Shown: positions 49,978 through 60,592 of the stretch, piece by piece
Layout: every line of letters begins with the position of its first letter
Numbering within the stretch: the first letter of the stretch is position 1
DNA from: Ophelia neglecta
Lineage: Eukaryota
Length of the DNA stretch: 64,000 bases
Direction: 5' to 3'
Assembly (NCBI GenBank): GCA_965285935.1
Contig: OZ260666.1
Location: forward strand, 21,452,001 to 21,516,000
Translations under genes and position numbers: made by a program
Notes under the pieces: model-generated
The model's input: only the letters and a program-made list of their open reading frames with translations
Database searches by the model: none
What the model was told of the DNA's origin: nothing

Positions 49978-50268
49978 AATGAAACGCATGCACCTGCTCC
50001 ATGTATCCAGAAGTAGCCCTAATTTGGTTAATAAACAAATTATATTTCGCCGAAAGTTACTCAGACAAAGTGGCGAGACCACTAGAGTGTGTGTTTACAC
50101 ACATTAACTTTCATGAATGTATAATGTAATATACAGTTTGTCATTTTATGGTCAACAGAGCCCGTGTACTGAACACTTACATTGCAAACAGATGTTCAGT
50201 AATCTCCCCTCTAATGTGATATTACTCTTAGTATAGACATGCCTAAGCTGTTAATAATTAATAAGCCT

Positions 50269-51071
50269 TTACAATCCTTTTATTAAAAGTACTTCCCTTG
50301 ATGTCTTCCTTGAGAGGTTTGTTAACAGGGCTACATTACTGAAATATGTTGCTTTTATCGTCCTTATCAAAGCTGTATATTGTAAACTGGTCGTTAAAGG
50401 TTGTTATGGTATCTAGGGAACCTAAATGTATATTTTAGTATCTGGATTGATTCCATGAAGGGACCTATTCGGAGATTCAAGTTTGGTGAGCGCCCTAGGG
50501 AGATTGTTTGGTACTTTTTATTATTATCCGAACCTCTATCATTGCTCCTATTTTTGAAATTATTTAAATAGCCTCTCCATACCTTGCAACCCACCCAACA
50601 TTTTTACCTTCCAACCCCACCCATTTTTATTGCATTCCAACCCCACCCATTTTTATTGCATTCCAACCCCACCCATTCTTATTGCATTCCAACCCCACCC
50701 ATTTTTATTGCATTCCAACCCCACCCATTCTTATTGCATTCCAACCCCACCCATTTTTATTGCATTCCAACCCCACTTATTCTTATTACATTCCAACCCC
50801 ACCTATTATTACCTTCCAACGCCACCCATTCTTATTACCCACCCATTCTTATTACCCACCCATTCTTATTACCTTCCCCACTCATTCTTATTACCCATCC
50901 ATTCTTATTACCCATCCATTCTTATTGCATTCCAACCACACCCTCAATGGACTTCAGCCTCCTGACGGGAATGGCAAACGACCTGCACAGAAACTTAAAA
51001 CTATCCAACTGATCACTGCGAATGTTCTGCGATATGTCATTCAGCATCCGTCTATACTGAAACTCCTCCAT
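50269..51071 (-). pseudogene. Death effector domain (caspase-8/cFLIP/FADD-type) gene relic or mini-gene; candidate exons 51071-~50943 and 50372-50269
   Basis: MEEFQYRRMLNDISQNIRSDQLDSFKFLCRSFAIPVRRLKSIE matches the DED helix 1-3 pattern (y/frxxLxxisexlxxxdlxxlKFLCxxxIpxxxlexi). The downstream piece after tatacag| reads LIRTIKATYFSNVALLTNLSRKTSREVLLIKGL*, resembling DED helices 4-6 with a degenerate RxDL (REVL). Confidence 0.7.
50586..50940 (+). repeat. 26-bp minisatellite (ccaaccccacccattt/cttattgcatt) inside the DED relic
   Basis: Units start at 50611, 50637, 50663 and onward, decaying to ~17-bp units. Confidence 0.92.
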
Positions 51072-52107
51072 TCTCAGTTGGTTCTTAACAATGAATTTGT
51101 TTTCTAGATTCAAACATATAAATGCGAAAAATATGCCATTATCTGTGAACTAATGTAGGCCCACCCGTCTGGCACTTGGGGATTTCCGTCTTTTATATTC
51201 GGCACTTTAATGCCTGATAGACTGTAATTCGTGTAAATTTACAGGACGTATCCGGCTAAGAAGCAGTAGTGAGAGTAAAGTGGGCCTTAATGTTATGTTG
51301 CCGTGTGCATAAGTGGGTGTTCCTTAGCGTAGGCATACATGTAGTCTCGGTGGGGCCCAGTCCATTGATGAGGGGGGGGGGGGTTAGGGGAGGGTCTGTT
51401 CCCAGATCACAGTTTTGAAAATTGACATTTCCCAGTTCCCAGTGAAATAAATTGAAATTTCCCAGGTAATTACATTGTTCCAGTTTCCCGGAGACTAAAA
51501 TAAAAAAATCCCGATTCACAAAAATAGAAACACAGTTGTGTATGCATTATCAGATTGGTATTTCTTACAATCAAAATCATAATCCAAGCCCATGTAAGCA
51601 CATGTCATAGGAGCTCACTTCAGGTATTTTGTGACGTGACGTCCTGGGCGTGATGTTCCCAGCTTTAAACCGCAAACCCAGTTGACCGATTTTTAAATGA
51701 GCGATCACGGGGGTCGAATCGGTCATTCCCAGTTCCAGGATATTATAAACGGGATATTCCGTTTCCCAGGTATCTTCTGAGCCCGATCCCGAATCACGGG
51801 AAATACGTAATTCCCAGTTCACGGCCATATCTAAGTTAAATTCCCGGTGGTCGAAATTTTAAAAATAGTCTGTCTCGGGATTCGGGAAAACTCAGTGTTC
51901 ATAAATAAACAATCAAAGTGGGGTGGGGTGGGGTGTCATAATTTGCTTCAACTCATAGAAGGTGGTGGCGGTCCGGATATTTTGTTCTGGGTTAGGGGTG
52001 GTTCGGAAAAATTCTATATCTCTAGCCCCCCCCCCCCCCCCCCCGATAAATAATGAACTTTCCCTACAATACGCTAATGCACGCTTGGCTGTTTACCCAT
52101 TTAGGCC

Positions 52108-52170
52108 TATATATGGCAATAACCCCGCAGGCTTATGAGTCATGGATTTTCCCCGTTTCTCGGTTTTCCC
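52108..52170 (-). promoter_or_regulatory. Candidate immune-type promoter: two kB-like sites, AP-1 site and TATA-like box
   Basis: GGATTTTCCCC 52144-52154, GGTTTTCCC 52162-52170, TGAGTCA 52136-52142 and TATATA 52108-52113; order fits minus-strand transcription toward the DED relic. Confidence 0.4.
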
Positions 52171-52469
52171 AAAGTACGTTACATATTGTCCCCGTCTTAT
52201 GATATGACCACACGTATACAATCCAAGTCGACTTTTACATCTTTTATTCATACAAGCTGATCTACCAAAGTTAGCACATCAATCAGATTTGTCAGAAATT
52301 GATTGACATTTCTTAACTCGTTGAAGGGAAGTCTTAACAAGTCTGGTAAGAGACAATTTATTTATGTAAATTACAACACAAATGAAGGCTGCCATTACTC
52401 CCTGGGAGTAGTAGATCTGTAAGTTATAGTTCTCAGCGTTATAGCCGTACACCACATCAACCCAGACGA

Positions 52470-53000
52470 CAGTCCGGGGGTTCTCAGCCTGGGGGTCTCT
52501 CAGCCCGGGCGTCTCTCAGCCCTGGGGTCCCTCAGCCCTGGGGTCTCTCAGCCCTGGGGTCTCTCAGCCCTGGGGTCCCTCATCCCTGGGGTCTCTCAGC
52601 CCGGGCGTCTCTCAGCCCGGGCGTCTCTCAGCCCGGGCGTCTCTCAGCCTGCTACTTTTCGGTCTGCGGGTCCGACAGTCCGGGTTTCTACATCCGGGGG
52701 TTCCTCGTCTTGGGGATCTCTCAGTTAGAGGTTCGGGTATAGATTCCCGGATCCCGGACTGAGAGGGGTCTTCGGAATGAGGGACCACGGAGTGAAAGAC
52801 CCCTGACTAAGGGATCCCAACCCGAGAGTCCCGGACTGAGGGAACCCGGAATGAGAGGCGTCCGGACTCAAGGAACCCAGGAGTGAGAACCCACCGAATT
52901 AAGGGACTCCCGACTGAGAAGCCTGGACTCAGGGGCTCCCTGAGGTGGAACCCACAGACTGGGGGTTCCACTGAGAATCCCCAGACTACTGAGGGTCCCA
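52470..53000. repeat. Minisatellite array present in both orientations (foldback arrangement)
   Basis: ctctcagccc/cagtccgg units at 52470-52725, then reverse-complement ccggactgag units at 52753-53000. Confidence 0.8.
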
Positions 53001-53728
53001 TTGAACGAAAAATTCTAGTTGGTTGGTCGCCTGTTCTGTCGGACTACTATAGACAAAGCCTCAGGAGTCTGTCCGATGTGTTTTCAGTCCGAGGACTCAC
53101 AGTGCAACAGCCTCTGAATCTATGCCCAGGGTTTCTCGGGTCATGGTACTCTCTGTTTGGAGACGCTCAGTCAGGGGGGGGGGGGTGCTCAAAATCCGGG
53201 TGTCTTTTTTTGTCTTGGGGTTCATCAGTAATGCGTGGGTTCGTCAGTCTGGAGGGCTCTTGAACAATGGAGCTTAGACAAGGGCGCAGGGGGGAGGGGG
53301 AGGAGGAGGTGGAGGGGGGGGGGGCTTCAGCGTTCAGTTCTTACATACCGTATGCACTAAAATAATCGGCGAGCGTTTAGAAATAACGGGGAGCTAATAG
53401 AACCGGCGCTTATTTTAGGCCGGATTTCATTATAGACAAGGTGTTTATTATAGACAGATTTTGTTAAGCTCACAATCCAGTCAATTATTATTGATCCGGC
53501 GCGTATTATAGCTCGGCTTTTATTAAAGCCCGTATTTATCTCCAATTTAGCTCTACAATATGTAGCTCTCGTGGCCTATAGGTGGGGAGTTGACTTCGAA
53601 CTGTAATTTTTACATGGTAAAAGTACACCCGGTGATAGAATCAAATATTGGTTCCTATTGGCGGCAAAACAATTGTGATGAACTTACTCAATGTAGATCA
53701 AATTAATATTTCCAGGGAAATCATAACA

Positions 53729-55810
53729 ATGAAGGTTACAACAACAGACTACCTGGGGTTCCACGAGAGAATGTCTCGTCTGAGGGAGATGGAGATCGGT
53801 CTGGACGGAGTTATCTGTGCCAAGGATGGAGAGGTCAGGGTCCATCTACCATACATGGCTGCCTGTAACCAGACTCTGTTTAACCGTATTACTGGTCTCT
53901 TGAAACAGAACAAGAAAGACCTGGCCGTCAAAACCATGTCGGGTAAAGGTTTACAGCTCATTGTAGATTATTGTTACTCTGGAGAGATCACAGTCTGTGA
54001 AGATAACTTTGAACACGTCATCGACGCTGCTCTGGGTCTGGAGTTCCTGGACATAGTGCAAGAGTGTTTAAACTTTGCCTTGAATACAGATGCTAATGGA
54101 AATATTTGGTGTCACTTCCTGCGAGCTGCTTTTAAACATGCTCGGTTAGTTCAACCGAAGGAATTTGTCCCTAATCTGATTTTGGATAATATTACTAAAG
54201 TTCCCAAGGAAGCAATCATCAAAGGATTGGACGCCGCCTTCATCGGGGAGATTCTAGAACATGGGACATTGTCTGAAAATAACAGGTGTTGCGCAATGAA
54301 TGTCTTTCTTGAGGTAATATTAGCAGAGACACGGGAAATTACAAATTACAAAAATACTTTCGTTGCAATGCGAGATATTGCGCAACCAGGAGATAAACTG
54401 ATCATACCAAAAGAAGCTACTGGAACATCCATCATAGCATTGACAGAGTTGTCACTGGAAATAAATTTTGTTGGCCTTATTAAAGCTTGTGTAGAAGGTT
54501 TGGTGAAAACATCCCCTACAGCTCAAGGTACTTCACTCGCCTTGAAGTGGGCCAAGCAGTATGCTGGGTCTCAGTCTATGAGCTATCTCAACCAGTTATG
54601 TCTACATGCCTTCAAGGATCTGTCTCTGGACATTTCTGAGGATGAACTCTGCCTGATGCTGGACAGTGACTACTTAGGACCAATGTCAGAATATGATATT
54701 TTCAAAAAAGTGATGAATTGGATAGAACACAACAATACAAGTGCTGACACAAACTGTAGAGTAGTCGGTCTTATACGATTTGGTCTGATGACGAAAGAAG
54801 AAATGGAAGAAGTTATTGGCGATTACGATTTTCCTGGTTGTGAGGCTATTTATTTTTCTGCCATGAGGTACCATGTAAGGGCTTATGAGCAGCCGTTAAC
54901 TAGGGGAAACATTAACAAACTACGGCTGAAGAATTCAAAGATTTACATCATGGGCGGAAAGGATTTAACAAATAACTATAACAAGAAAGTTATCACGTCC
55001 GAGGTTACCCAAGGCAACGCATCTTTGTCTCCTTTTACTGATGTGTGTGAATCCCCGTTCGTCGTTTACAAAACTGCTTGTGCTGAGATGAATGGATTTA
55101 TATTTGTTTCTGGTGGGCAAAACGAATCTGGCTGTGTTGCAGCGATGTTTCGGCTTGACTCTCGTTCAAACGCATGGCTGGAACTACAAGACATGCGACA
55201 GAAACGACGTTCCCACACTTTAACATCAATTGATGCCTCCCTTGTCGCTGTTGGAGGTTGGGACGCTGAATGTCAAATTGCCTGTGTGGAGACGTATGAT
55301 GTTAGAGAACAGAAATGGACACTAGTGGCGCCATTGCCAAGAGCACGATCTCAGCATGCTGCGTCTTATGAAGACGGAGTTCTGTACATCAGTGGAGGTA
55401 GTCAGTCCAAGACACTGTATAGCTTCTGTGACAATGTTTGGAATGAAAAGTCTCCAATGTTGCAAGTACGTCAGAGCCATGCCATGACTAGTGTGGTTGG
55501 TATGCTGATAGTGGTTGGTGGAATAGTGTCATTGGAGAGTAAATGGAAAGATGTCATGTCAGCAGAGTGTTATGATATAATACAAGATCAGTGGACGGAA
55601 CTATCGCCTCCTAAGTTTGCTTGCGATTTGGGTTGCTCTGTCAGGATTAATAACTGGTTTTATATCATCGGAGGTTATAGTCAAAACGACAAAACCTGGT
55701 TTGACTGTATACAAAGATATGACGTCGAGGCCGATGAGTGGGAAATGTGTAATTTGAAACTTCCGCATAAAATGAGTAGAATGGTCACAGCATATATTTA
55801 TAATGTTTGA
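53729..55810 (+). CDS. BTB-BACK-Kelch (KLHL-like) protein copy 5, 693 aa from MKVTT, most divergent 3' end
   Basis: ORF 53648-55810. C-terminus (CNLKLPHKMSRMVTAYIYNV) and 3' flank diverge from copies 1-4. Confidence 0.95.
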   Translation: MKVTTTDYLGFHERMSRLREMEIGLDGVICAKDGEVRVHLPYMAACNQTLFNRITGLLKQNKKDLAVKTMSGKGLQLIVDYCYSGEITVCEDNFEHVIDAALGLEFLDIVQECLNFALNTDANGNIWCHFLRAAFKHARLVQPKEFVPNLILDNITKVPKEAIIKGLDAAFIGEILEHGTLSENNRCCAMNVFLEVILAETREITNYKNTFVAMRDIAQPGDKLIIPKEATGTSIIALTELSLEINFVGLIKACVEGLVKTSPTAQGTSLALKWAKQYAGSQSMSYLNQLCLHAFKDLSLDISEDELCLMLDSDYLGPMSEYDIFKKVMNWIEHNNTSADTNCRVVGLIRFGLMTKEEMEEVIGDYDFPGCEAIYFSAMRYHVRAYEQPLTRGNINKLRLKNSKIYIMGGKDLTNNYNKKVITSEVTQGNASLSPFTDVCESPFVVYKTACAEMNGFIFVSGGQNESGCVAAMFRLDSRSNAWLELQDMRQKRRSHTLTSIDASLVAVGGWDAECQIACVETYDVREQKWTLVAPLPRARSQHAASYEDGVLYISGGSQSKTLYSFCDNVWNEKSPMLQVRQSHAMTSVVGMLIVVGGIVSLESKWKDVMSAECYDIIQDQWTELSPPKFACDLGCSVRINNWFYIIGGYSQNDKTWFDCIQRYDVEADEWEMCNLKLPHKMSRMVTAYIYNV

Positions 55811-57139
55811 AGTACAATTTGTACAATTGAAATATCCAAATCACTGTGTTCCAGAAAGTAACTGTTAAGCTAAAAACAAATGCCTTTATTGATGCGACCG
55901 TCAAACAATTTAGTGCTGCCGGAAAAAATTGATAAGGTTGAATTATATTTATCAGAAACAGACTGTTATGAATTTTTATACCAATACCGAAAATGACACA
56001 GAAGGGTGCAGTTGTCTTTCTCTAAGATCCAGGGGGAAGTTCTAAGAAGTTCTAAGAGTTGGGAATTATGTCTTGGGGTTACGTTACGTTTTGTTTCAGG
56101 TTTAATTCTAAGATAAAAAAGTGATGAAGCCCATGTTTATGAACAGACTTAAATCTCCAACCTACCACAAATCCATCGTCGGTTTTTGTTGTAGTATTAA
56201 GTATATAAGTGCATTCATCCATGTTTTGATTCATGCATTATCAGTGTTTTTATACATCCATCTTGCACTTAAGCATATACTTAATTTCATTTAGATAGGA
56301 TGACTAAAGCTTAATATTAGTACGTTTTGCTATTACCGAAAATATGTACCTATATAAGAGGAGTGTGCACATGTGATTTTATCTGTTGGGGATCAGTACA
56401 TAAACGTATAAATAATGATAACAGTATTCAGCTTTTTTCATTCAGTGTTAATGATATTTAAATTTTCAAAAATCGTCTTTGACTATGTTTTGTGCGTCGC
56501 AACATGAGTAGACCTTTTGCATCTGTTGTATTAAAACCACTAGTATTTACTTGCACGACTTAGATTTTTCACGTTTTGGGAGATTTAAACATTTTCTTTG
56601 ATTATGTTTGATGACATTTTTTGTGCTATTTGCACAAAGTGTGTAACCGCCGTCACTTCTTTGGCATAAACGTATTGCCACTTATGTGACTTGGTAAATT
56701 GAATGCAGTAGACCATTTAATCTGTGTGTTAATTCTGGTACTAAGCGTATCGATAATAGCCAATAAAAACGGCCTTCAAGTTACATTTCTTGATTTGAAC
56801 GTTCTTTCATAGTTAGGAGTAGTACGTACATTCCCGCCAATCATTAATAAGCGATTAAACAGGTTCCTATACCCGGCAGATAAAACGAAATCCTTTATCT
56901 GGAATGTAGCGTTTAAAAAACCAGAGGAGATACCTAAATATGTCTGAAATCATCTGGTACCGTCTGGCTCAGGCCTACAAATACCAGTTCGCAGTTCTAT
57001 ACCAGTACAACTGTATATGTATTGTCAGTTTCATGTATGTGTCATTTTGTGTGGTGTTGGTGTTTCAAAGACACCCCTGGTGCAAAAAACAACCAAAACT
57101 AGGAAATGAAGAAACATTGACATTTCCACATTTATCATC

Positions 57140-57740
57140 TAAACTCCACCATATTGCCAACGCTGAACCGTTACGCCGCTCAGTATTCCTTGATTGCCTC
57201 TCTGGGCCCACAGCAGTTCTGGTATGATGATGACCTTAAGGGGAAGAAACATAAACAAGAACGGAGATGGAAAACAACTATCCATTTATACGATGAGGAG
57301 GTTTCCTTGCCTGCCAAGAAAACCTCTAAAAAGACACCAGAAACTACCAAAATTATACAATAACAGGTAAAATACTAAGGTTCGTGGAGGCAGGCTTTGA
57401 CGCGAAGTCGGTTCAGTCCATTCTTGACAGTTTGCTACCAAAGAGTAAGACAGTGATACTACCCGATCACAGCTTCTATTAAGAATTTGCTGACTGGTTC
57501 TCACATTTTTTCATTGAAGAATTTGAGACGATTCGGGATGCCTTGCCAGCTTGGTCGCATGCCTTGACACACATTTATGTGGCACCATGTCCAGAGCGCG
57601 CCTCTCTTCATTTGTTGAGCGGCGCTTCAGAGGAAGAAGTCGCTAAACTAATTACTCGTTCACAGCGGCTTCGTGTTCTCTTGACGCTATTCACACTTAG
57701 CTGTTGAAGAAATTACTTGATGAAGCACTTTAACTGTGGT
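57140..57740 (+). mobile_element. Degenerate L2/CR1-group LINE ORF2 fragment (EN-RT linker to RT start)
   Basis: Broken translation gives WYDDDLKGKKHKQERRWKTT, LPDHS..EFADWFSHFFIEEFETIRDAL, SEEEVAKLITRS and SCSLDAIHT*LLKK, matching typical PWy...ERxWrkt, FxxfFxxKixxIr and scxLDPiPtxllK motifs. Confidence 0.7.
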
Positions 57741-59376
57741 ACATACCAGCATACGTCTCTTCAGCCACTCAGTGCACAACCGTTGCATCTTTTTATATTT
57801 TTCTCACCAGTAGAGAGTAGAGGATTGAACCAGTAGCGAATAATTGTTTGGTGGTTTGATATAACAAGTGACTCTGAGCCTGATTCAGTGGCCGAGCCTG
57901 AGCACAGCGGGGGACCCGATATGTCCCGAGTAATATATAGTATATGACTAGTCTGACACAGAGAATACTATTCTGTATCTTTAAAAATAAGTAGAAATAT
58001 TAACGTAAGAATGCAACAACAATCAGAAGTAGGCATAAACCACTTTTTTTCCACACATGCACAATGAGTTGATAACCTTAAAAGAGGTTTATCATGTTTA
58101 TACTACATAAGATATGATCGTGAATACGCGTCAGATGAACGCCGGCAGTATACATACATTTTGTATTGGTTTTAACTTCTACAGATTTTTTTTTTTTTGG
58201 TGTACATTTCCCTTTGAAAGCTAAATTTTATTTCTGGTTAGAAAGCAAATACAGAAATTTCCAGAAAACACCTGCCAACAGTTACAGTGACGATCTTGTA
58301 ATTTAACGTAGCATGGTTACACGTCACGGCAACAGGACCCCATGGAAACTAATTAAGGGTAATAACACAGTGTCCTCCCAGTCCGGGGGTTCACAGGCCG
58401 GGGTGTTCTCGGTGCGAGGAAGAGTGGGAGGGGGGGGGGGGAAGAGGCCACTCAGTCCAGGGCGTTCTCAGTACGAGGAAGGAGGGAGTGGAGGTGGGGG
58501 CGGGGGGGGGGGGTGGGGATTAAGAGAAAGGGGGAAGAAGGGAGGGGGGGGGAGGGGGGTTGTCACTCAGTCCCAGGTGTTCTCAGTACGAGTAAGGAGG
58601 GAGGTGAGGTGTGTGTGTGGGGGGGGGGGGGGAGGCCGGGGGGAGGGAGGGGGGAGCCCGGGGGGAGGATGTCACTCAGTCTGGGGCATTCTCAGTATGA
58701 GGAAGAAGGGAGGGGGGGGGGAGGATTTCCGGTGTCTGGTCCTTTAGCATATACTTAGATGTTGACGCTTTGACTACATGGTGATCTTATCCCAGTAGAT
58801 TCTGAGAAACACACAGACCTCAATTTCGCCTGCCTTGTCAATACTCGCCCCCCCCCCATCTGCTGCCCCCCCCCCCCTCAGCGCGGCACATTCCTACTAA
58901 TCTAGGCTACTGATAATCAAGTATTTTCATTAACATGATTATTTTATTACTGTAAATTTACACGACGTATTAGACTATTTTGCAGTACTTTCCTATATTT
59001 TCAGTAATCTGTGGCTATTCGTCACTTGATACTCTAACATAAAGAAGGCCAGCGTACATTTAGTCCGTCTCACTAAATATTGATCCGCAGCTAACAGACG
59101 GCTATAGCGTAGCACCATTTGTCATGTTTACATGCTTATACATTAAACGAGTTCCACACCGCTAAACATGGCGAGTTTATGAGTAATGGAAATTCCCTAT
59201 TTCTCGTTTCTCAGAAGTGTGTCACCTGTTACCGCCCAGCAAAGACAGACACCCAGTTATAAAGTACATCGTTTCTTACAACTCTCTGATTATACATCAC
59301 GACATACCAAGGATAACACATCAAACCCATTTGGGAAGATAGCTTGTTTCTCCGATATAATTTCGCCATTCCTTAC

Positions 59377-59536
59377 CCTGTTGAAGGGATTTGTTAATTA
59401 ATCTGGTAAGTGCCATTTTACTAGCTGTATTACCACACTGAGTGTTAAATCTACCATTATACACTGTAGCCAGAAGATCTATATTATATGTCTCAATGTT
59501 ATAGCGGGACACGTCATCAGCCCAGGTGATAGTCAC
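59377..59536 (-). pseudogene. 160-nt open exon of the antisense cadherin-like gene (near-identical open copy 38112-38271; damaged copies ~11010-11190 and ~25710-25848; diverged copy ~52315-52470)
   Basis: taaaacag|GTG...CAACAGG|gtaagg; encodes VTITWADDVSRYNIETYNIDLLATVYNGRFNTQCGNTASKMALTRLINKSLQQ without stops. Confidence 0.5.
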
Positions 59537-59670
59537 CTGTTTTAGGTCTAGCTGACATATTAACTTTTCAGAGAGCTATACACATTGATATGAATTGACA
59601 ATAAGGAATAAGTTACCGGAAAAATTATGACTTTCAAACCTATAAATCACCGATAAAATGGACTAATATG

Positions 59671-59672
<2 letters not shown>

Positions 59673-59701
<29 letters not shown>
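59673..59701. repeat. (TA)n microsatellite
   Basis: Directly visible; it marks the end of homology to the unit-1 spacer. Confidence 0.95.
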
Positions 59702-59702
<1 letters not shown>

Positions 59703-60235
59703 TTAAACTCACACCCTTATTGGGACTGCCGGCCCACGCCTGTCTATTGGGACCTCCTTGATCCAGGCTAGCTACGGGTCTGAATTTTTTTGTCGTAATT
59801 CTTTTTTTCACGCTGATTTCAACTATATCTGAAATTTTTTGACGTAGATAAAACTTTGGCGATAATTTGCAGTCCCTTCCACACCTGATTGTTGGACCAG
59901 GCTTTTGTTGGGTCTTTTACGTTTACTACTTATGCCACAAGGTGTCACCACATGTAGGACCCAATAAACATGGCATAATTCGCAGTGTGTTATAAAATCT
60001 TCAGCCATCCTCATCATTTGATTGTGTCCATGTGTTTGGCTGTTTTGGGGCGAGGAATACCAACCTGCTTATTATATTATTTCACCGGGCTGTTCCTTAT
60101 GCAGCTTTTCTTAATGCAGTTTATAATTTTAACCCCTGTCATACATGTTACTCAGTTTATATGCAATTAAAATATAAGTGTAACAAGCCATATGTCTTCC
60201 AGTTAAATATAAACCCAATATATATTGATTTCATG

Positions 60236-60592
60236 CAAGACCCAATAAGCACGTTCCATGCAGGTGACCTAATAACTATGCATATATATATATATATATA
60301 TACATGACCCAACATATTGTATAAAGGAAAGACCCAATAGTTATGTATATACATGACCCAATAGCTTGTATACAGATAAGACCCAATAACTATGTATATG
60401 CAGTGTTTATGCACATGACCCAACATATTGTATAACGGAAAGACCCAATAATTTTATATATATATGACCCAATATATTGTAGACAGATAAGACCCAATAA
60501 GTATGTATATGCACATGACCCAACATATTCTATAAAGGAAAGACCCACTAACTAACGTTATGTATATACATATGACCATAAATGGGCACAAA
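60236..60592 (+). repeat. Degenerate ~50-60 bp tandem repeat built of gacccaa subunits
   Basis: catgacccaacatattgtataa.ggaaagacccaata..tatgtatat recurs about six times. Confidence 0.85.

Noticed and set aside
50584-51107. Plus-strand His/Pro/Phe-rich ORFs
   Set aside because: Translations of the 26-bp minisatellite.
14763-57740. Diversity-generating-retroelement-like mechanism for Kelch variation
   Set aside because: No intact reverse transcriptase (only decayed LINE fragments) and no template/variable repeat pair; variation is adequately explained by paralogue divergence plus conversion.
58313-58758. Gly-rich ORFs over poly-G runs (also 40181-40644, 34785-35010)
   Set aside because: Low-complexity homopolymer tracts with unreliable lengths; no domain signal.
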